From Nocardiopsaceae bacterium (GTDB lineage: Bacteria; Actinomycetota; Actinomycetes; Streptosporangiales; Streptosporangiaceae), in NCBI GenBank assembly GCA_031254715.1, contig JAIRTY010000391.1, positions 1 to 29,340 of the forward strand: DNA of 29,340 bases, read 5' to 3'. Position 1 is the first letter of the stretch. Every line of letters begins with the position of its first letter. Positions 25,414-29,340 of this stretch are shown one piece after another. The notes beneath the pieces were generated by a model that did no database searches, was not told the DNA's origin, and saw only the letters and a program-made list of their open reading frames with translations. A program made the translations under genes and the position numbers.

Positions 25414-26325
25414 ATGGTGACCACCGGAGAGCTGGAGCCATCCCCCCGGGACGTCAGTGCCGGCGCGGCCGGGGGAGCTGGCAGCGGCGGCCTGTCGCGC
25501 CAGCAGCGCAACGACCACCCTGGAACGGCGCGGCCGATCGCCAAGAAGGGATGGCAGGCAGCTGCCGCCTGCCGGTCGGCGGACCCCGATTTGTTCTTCC
25601 CCAGCTCGGCTTCCGGCAAGGCCACCGAACAGGTTTGGCAGGCAAAGGCAATCTGCGCGCGCTGCCGGGTCCGGCGCCAATGCCTGGCGTTCGCGCTCCG
25701 GACCGGCCAGGCCTACGGGATCTGGGGCGGCCTGACCGAACGGGAGCGCTACCAGGCGGCGAGAGCCTGCATGCAAAGTGGGCACCCGGGTGTAGCTGGC
25801 GATGAGCGACCCACCCAGCAGGAGCGACCACGCGAACCGGCAAGCACCGTGAACGTGCGGGCCGTAGCCAGTACCAGCAGGCCCGCCCGGCCCCCGGCTG
25901 CCCGGATCGGGCGAGGCGCGGCTGCCAGCACCGAAGAGCTGATTCGCCTGCAGGCGAGCGCCGCCCTGGCCGCCTGCGAGCAGATGACCGTAGCGGCGCA
26001 GCAGGTCTTGCGCGACAGCGTGGACCTGGCATCCCGCCTGCCGACGAGCGCAGGCTGGGAGCGAAGAGCCGCGGCGCAGGCGGAAATCTTCGACCTGCTG
26101 GCTGAGGTGACCGACAACCGGGCAGCGGCCGCTGTGCTCAGGGGCGCGGCCCGGCCAGTGCGCGACCTGATCCTCAGCGCCGGACCGGCCGCGAACGGGA
26201 TGATCACCGGCTCGCGGCAGCGAATGCTCGCGTGCCTGCGGGCCGGGGACGCCAAAGCCGCCGCACTTGAACTGGAACAGCACCTCCGGGCTCTGCACTT
26301 CATGTCGCGGCTGGCCCGCCGCTAG
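25414..26325 (+). CDS. WhiB-family Fe-S domain fused in frame to an FCD (GntR ligand-binding-like) domain
   Basis: WhiB about 25552-25770: WQAAAACRSADPDLFFP...AKAICARCRVRRQCLAFAL...GIWGGLTERER (4 Cys). FCD-like about 25933-26325, ending RMLACLRAGDAKAAALELEQHL. No stop between them. Start is uncertain. Confidence 0.7.
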   Translation: MVTTGELEPSPRDVSAGAAGGAGSGGLSRQQRNDHPGTARPIAKKGWQAAAACRSADPDLFFPSSASGKATEQVWQAKAICARCRVRRQCLAFALRTGQAYGIWGGLTERERYQAARACMQSGHPGVAGDERPTQQERPREPASTVNVRAVASTSRPARPPAARIGRGAAASTEELIRLQASAALAACEQMTVAAQQVLRDSVDLASRLPTSAGWERRAAAQAEIFDLLAEVTDNRAAAAVLRGAARPVRDLILSAGPAANGMITGSRQRMLACLRAGDAKAAALELEQHLRALHFMSRLARR

Positions 26326-26399
26326 CAGCCGCCACCACGGAGCTCGACGTCTGCGTCCTACTCGTCCAGGCTGCTCGTGGCGGGTGAGGGCGCCGGTGT

Positions 26400-27059
26400 C
26401 TACCGGTGGACGATCTCATGCTGCCAGCGTGCCGGCGGCTGGATATGCAACTGCCAGTAGTGCTCGGCGATGTCGTCCGGATCGAACGCTGTCCCGGGTG
26501 CGACCGGACCGGCAACGGTCACAGTGGCGATGTGCACGCCGGCCGGCCCATACTGCGCGCCGAGCAGGCCTGCCAGCGCCCGGAGGCCGGCTTTGCCGAG
26601 TGACAGGCTCGTATACCGGGGGTCCGGCTCGGGCATTCCGCCTGTGACAAGAAATGAGCCGCCGCCCCGCCGCGCCATCGCGGGCGCCGTGTGCGCGGCC
26701 GCGGTGATCGCGCCGACCACATTCACGGCCCACGCCTCCTGGTGGCGTTGCACGGACAGCTCACCAGGCACGTCGGCTTGGATGATCGCAGCGTTATAGA
26801 CCACTGCTTGCGGGACCCCGAGTTCGTCGATGGCGGCATCCAGTGCAGCCCGCAACTCCGTCTCGCTGGCGCTGTCCGCGGTCAGGGGCAGCACAGGGAC
26901 GCCGTGCGGGCCGAGCGTCCCGGCCACGGCCTGCACGGTCGCCGTGCTGCGGGCGATGAGGGCGACCGGCAGGCCTTCCTCGGCGAACCGGCTGGCCACC
27001 GCGCCGCCGATCCCCGGTCCTGCTCCGATCACTACTGCTGGCGGGATTCGCTGTGTCAT
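26400..27059 (-). CDS. SDR-family NAD(P)-dependent oxidoreductase
   Basis: VVIGAGPGIG Rossmann motif, VVYNAA, VNVVGA, Y-x-x-x-S-x-x-K variant (YTSLSLGK). Confidence 0.9.
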   Translation of the reverse strand: MTQRIPPAVVIGAGPGIGGAVASRFAEEGLPVALIARSTATVQAVAGTLGPHGVPVLPLTADSASETELRAALDAAIDELGVPQAVVYNAAIIQADVPGELSVQRHQEAWAVNVVGAITAAAHTAPAMARRGGGSFLVTGGMPEPDPRYTSLSLGKAGLRALAGLLGAQYGPAGVHIATVTVAGPVAPGTAFDPDDIAEHYWQLHIQPPARWQHEIVHR

Positions 27060-27066
27060 GCCAGTC

Positions 27067-27097
27067 ACGCTAAAGTCTCACATGATGTGAAGGTCAA
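27067..27097 (-). promoter_or_regulatory. MerR-type promoter with 19-bp spacer and internal dyad, driving the SDR gene
   Basis: Minus strand: TTGACC (27097-27092), 19 nt, TAGCGT (27072-27067). The dyad TCACAT-C-ATGTGA (27078-27090) lies in the spacer. ATG follows 7 nt after the -10. Confidence 0.8.
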
Positions 27098-27111
27098 GCC
27101 TGGGGAACGAC

Positions 27112-27528
27112 ATGCGGATCGGGGCTGTCGCACGCGCGGCCGGGGTAAGCGAGAGACTGCTGCGCTACTACGAGGAACAGGGGCTGCTCCAGCCAGAACG
27201 CCTGCCCAGCGGCTACCGTGACTACAGCGAGGCGGATGTCGCGACGGTGCGCAACATCCGCACACTGCTCGCCGCCGGCCTTCCCCTCCGCATCATCGCC
27301 GACGTGCTGCCCTGCATCTGCAACTACCACGAGCGCATCGTTCCGTCCTGCCCCGAGTTCATCGTCACCCTCCGCCGCGAACGCGCCCGCATCAACGCCG
27401 CCATCGATGAGCTCAAAACCTCGCAAAAGCTGCTCGACACGGTCCTCGACGCGGCACCCTCCGCGGTCGTGACAGCGTCCGACGACGTCTGGTCAGACGA
27501 CATCCGCCGGGCGGTTAGCACGTCGTGA
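27112..27528 (+). CDS. MerR-family transcriptional regulator
   Basis: MRIGAVARAAGVSERLLRYYEEQGLLQPERLPSGYRDY; Cys cluster LPCIC...PSCPE. Confidence 0.93.
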   Translation: MRIGAVARAAGVSERLLRYYEEQGLLQPERLPSGYRDYSEADVATVRNIRTLLAAGLPLRIIADVLPCICNYHERIVPSCPEFIVTLRRERARINAAIDELKTSQKLLDTVLDAAPSAVVTASDDVWSDDIRRAVSTS

Positions 27529-27868
27529 TTGTGTGGAGTGGCCGTTCGAGGGCTTTCTGCTCGGCGACATTGGCGTCATTGGTGAGGGCCTTGATGCGGT
27601 ACGCAGTCGTGTGGTCAAGGAGATAGTCCACGAGCAGCTCCTGCGCTGCGGTCCCGATCCCCTGCCCGCGATGCTCGGGCGCCACGCCGGCCCCGATCTC
27701 ATACGCGACGCCGGCGGGAAACCCGCGGGGCTTCCAGGTGGCGATGCCGGCGACCGTGCCGTCGCCGCGCACGATCGCGACCGCTGAGGAGTCGCCGGAG
27801 ATGTAGCCGGTGCGTGGTAGCGCAGGGCGGCGATGCTGGCAGTCCCAGCCAGCCGGATGGTCGTCTCT
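27515..27868 (-). pseudogene. Truncated RimJ/RimL-type GNAT acetyltransferase
   Basis: EIGAGVAPEHRGQGIGTAAQ (acetyl-CoA motif), RIKALTNDANVAEQKALE. The expected following G-F-x-x-E-G segment is absent and the frame ends inside the merR 3' end. An upstream in-frame TGA (27869-27871) precedes any convincing start. Confidence 0.65.
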
Positions 27869-27878
27869 TCAGCCCGTC

Positions 27879-28565
27879 TCAGGCGTGTGGGCTCGGTTGT
27901 ATGCCGCCTCTGAGATAGGCGAGGACGGCGAGGACCCGGCGGTTGGTGTCGTCGGTCTGGGGGAGGCGGAGCTTGGCAAAGATGTTGCCGACGTGCTTGC
28001 CGACAGCGGCCTCGGTGATAAAGAGCTTGCGGGCGACGGCGGCGTTGGAGTGGCCCTCGGCAATGAGGCCAAGCACCTCGCGCTCGCGGGGCGATAGGGA
28101 GGTCAGCGGGTCGCGCCGACGTCGCACGAACTGGCTGATCACCTGGGGGTCGACGGCGGTTCCGCCGACGGCAACCCGGCGCAGCGCAGCGATGAACTCC
28201 TCGACGTCGGCTACCCGGTCCTTGAGCAGGTAGCCGACACCGCGGCCGTCGCCTGAGTCGAGCAGGTCAGCGGCGTAGCGGTGCTGGACGTACTGGCTGA
28301 GCACGAGCACCGCGAGCCCGGGGTGAGCGCGGCGCAGGCTGACGGCGGCGCGCAGGCCCTCGTCGGTGAAGGTAGGGGGCATCCTGATGTCGGTGATCAC
28401 CAGGTCAGGATGGTGCTCGGTGACAGCGGCTTCGAGCCCTTCGGCGTCACCGGTGACGGCGGCGACCCGGAAGCCGAATCGTTCGAGCAGGCCGGCGAGC
28501 CCTTCGCGAAGCAAGACCGCGTCCTCGGCCAGGACCACCCGGACGTCGTTCAGCTCTGGCTGCAT
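27879..28565 (-). CDS. NarL/DesR-family response regulator (REC + LuxR HTH)
   Basis: VVLAED, ITDIRMPP (phospho-Asp), YLLKDR, LSPREREVLGLIAEGHSNAAVA. Confidence 0.95.
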   Translation of the reverse strand: MQPELNDVRVVLAEDAVLLREGLAGLLERFGFRVAAVTGDAEGLEAAVTEHHPDLVITDIRMPPTFTDEGLRAAVSLRRAHPGLAVLVLSQYVQHRYAADLLDSGDGRGVGYLLKDRVADVEEFIAALRRVAVGGTAVDPQVISQFVRRRRDPLTSLSPREREVLGLIAEGHSNAAVARKLFITEAAVGKHVGNIFAKLRLPQTDDTNRRVLAVLAYLRGGIQPSPHA

Positions 28566-29340
28566 GGGAGTTCCGCGCGCAGGAGGGTGGGACCGCCGCG
28601 CGGGCTTGATAGCAGCATCCGCCCCCCGGCCACGGCGACCCGGTCGGCCAGCCCGGTCAGACCGGTGCCGCGGGCTGGGTCGGCGCCACCGTGGCCGTTG
28701 TCGCTGATCTCGACGACCAGGAGCCTGTCGTGCCGCCGGGCGGTCACCGTGGCTCTGATGGCGCCGCTGTGCTTGGCGATATTGGAGAGCGCCTCGGCCG
28801 CCACGAAGTAGGCGGTGTTCTCGACCGGGCCCGGCAGCCGCCCGGCCACCGGGGCGTCAACGGTGACCGGGACCGGGGAGGAGTCAGCGAGCTCGGCAAG
28901 GGCCGCGGGCAGCCCGAGGTCGGAGAGGACCTGCGGCTGGATGCCGTGGATGAGCTCGCGCAGTTCAGCCATGAGCTGCTTGGCCTGCTCATGCGCGGCG
29001 GCGACGGCCCCGGCGGCCGGGGATCCGGGCGGCAGATCGAGCTGGGCCATGCCGAGCTGGAGGGTGAGGCTAACCAGCTTCTGCTGGGCGCCGTCATGCA
29101 GGTCGCGCTCGATGCGGCGGCGCTCGGCCTCGAACGCGCCGGCCAGCCGGGCGCGCGAGGCCGTCACCTCGGTCAGCTCGGCGCGCAGCTGCTCATCCGG
29201 CCCGCCGAGCAGTAGCGCACGGGCCGTGACCGCGTCCGCCCCGGCGACCAGCGTCACCAGGTAGCCCGCCGCGGGCAGCAGCACCAGGCCGGCGACCGCA
29301 TACGGCAGCGCCTGCGGCACGGTGGCCAGGTGGCCGAACA
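28550..29340 (-). CDS. Sensor histidine kinase (HisKA_3 + HATPase), 5' end beyond the window
   Basis: ERRRIERDLHDGAQQ (H box), EALSNIAKHS (N box), ISDNGHGG, GTGLTGL. The frame stays open to the window edge. Confidence 0.93.
   Translation of the reverse strand, partial: FGHLATVPQALPYAVAGLVLLPAAGYLVTLVAGADAVTARALLLGGPDEQLRAELTEVTASRARLAGAFEAERRRIERDLHDGAQQKLVSLTLQLGMAQLDLPPGSPAAGAVAAAHEQAKQLMAELRELIHGIQPQVLSDLGLPAALAELADSSPVPVTVDAPVAGRLPGPVENTAYFVAAEALSNIAKHSGAIRATVTARRHDRLLVVEISDNGHGGADPARGTGLTGLADRVAVAGGRMLLSSPRGGPTLLRAELPCSQS

Noticed and set aside
25552-25930. WhiB7/WblC antibiotic-resistance regulator
   Set aside because: No C-terminal AT-hook (RGRP) and no clear uORF leader. The DPDLFFP and GIWGGLTERER motifs look more like WhiB1/WhiB2-type proteins.
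44-29264. Many long alternative ORFs in the six-frame track (e.g. 44..904, 570..1250, 1894..3171, 3245..4066, 5246..6385, 17764..19089, 20392..21987)
   Set aside because: They overlap well-supported genes antisense or out of frame, are Arg/Pro/Ala-rich and have no recognisable motifs. This is typical of shadow ORFs in high-GC DNA.

Overview
High-GC actinobacterial-type DNA, probably starting at a contig end (the first 12 nt match the Illumina adapter tail). From left to right: (1) a FadR/GntR-controlled cluster of unknown function, with a signal-peptide-less SsuA/THI5-fold protein, a bicupin and an EutA-like actin-fold ATPase with no eutBC in the window, followed by a DUF6081-like gene and an MFS transporter; (2) a divergent sulfotransferase and a 1202-aa GT2 + TagF-like glycerophosphotransferase; (3) an LLM monooxygenase, FMN reductase and MarR unit; (4) a DUF433-like/DUF5615-PIN toxin-antitoxin pair, a small Cys-rich ORF and a DUF2231-Rieske gene; (5) a complete, apparently intact type II Wadjet operon (jetABCD, TIGR02677/78/80/79); (6) a patchwork of an SGNH relic, a WhiB-FCD fusion ORF, an SDR/MerR pair, a GNAT relic and a NarL-type two-component system cut by the window end. 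Several operators and promoters are readable directly from the sequence. No tRNA, rRNA, CRISPR array or transposase was recognised. All family calls come from motif recognition by eye, with no database searches. The best candidates for undescribed biology are the orphan EutA-bicupin-PBP regulon and the WhiB-FCD fusion.
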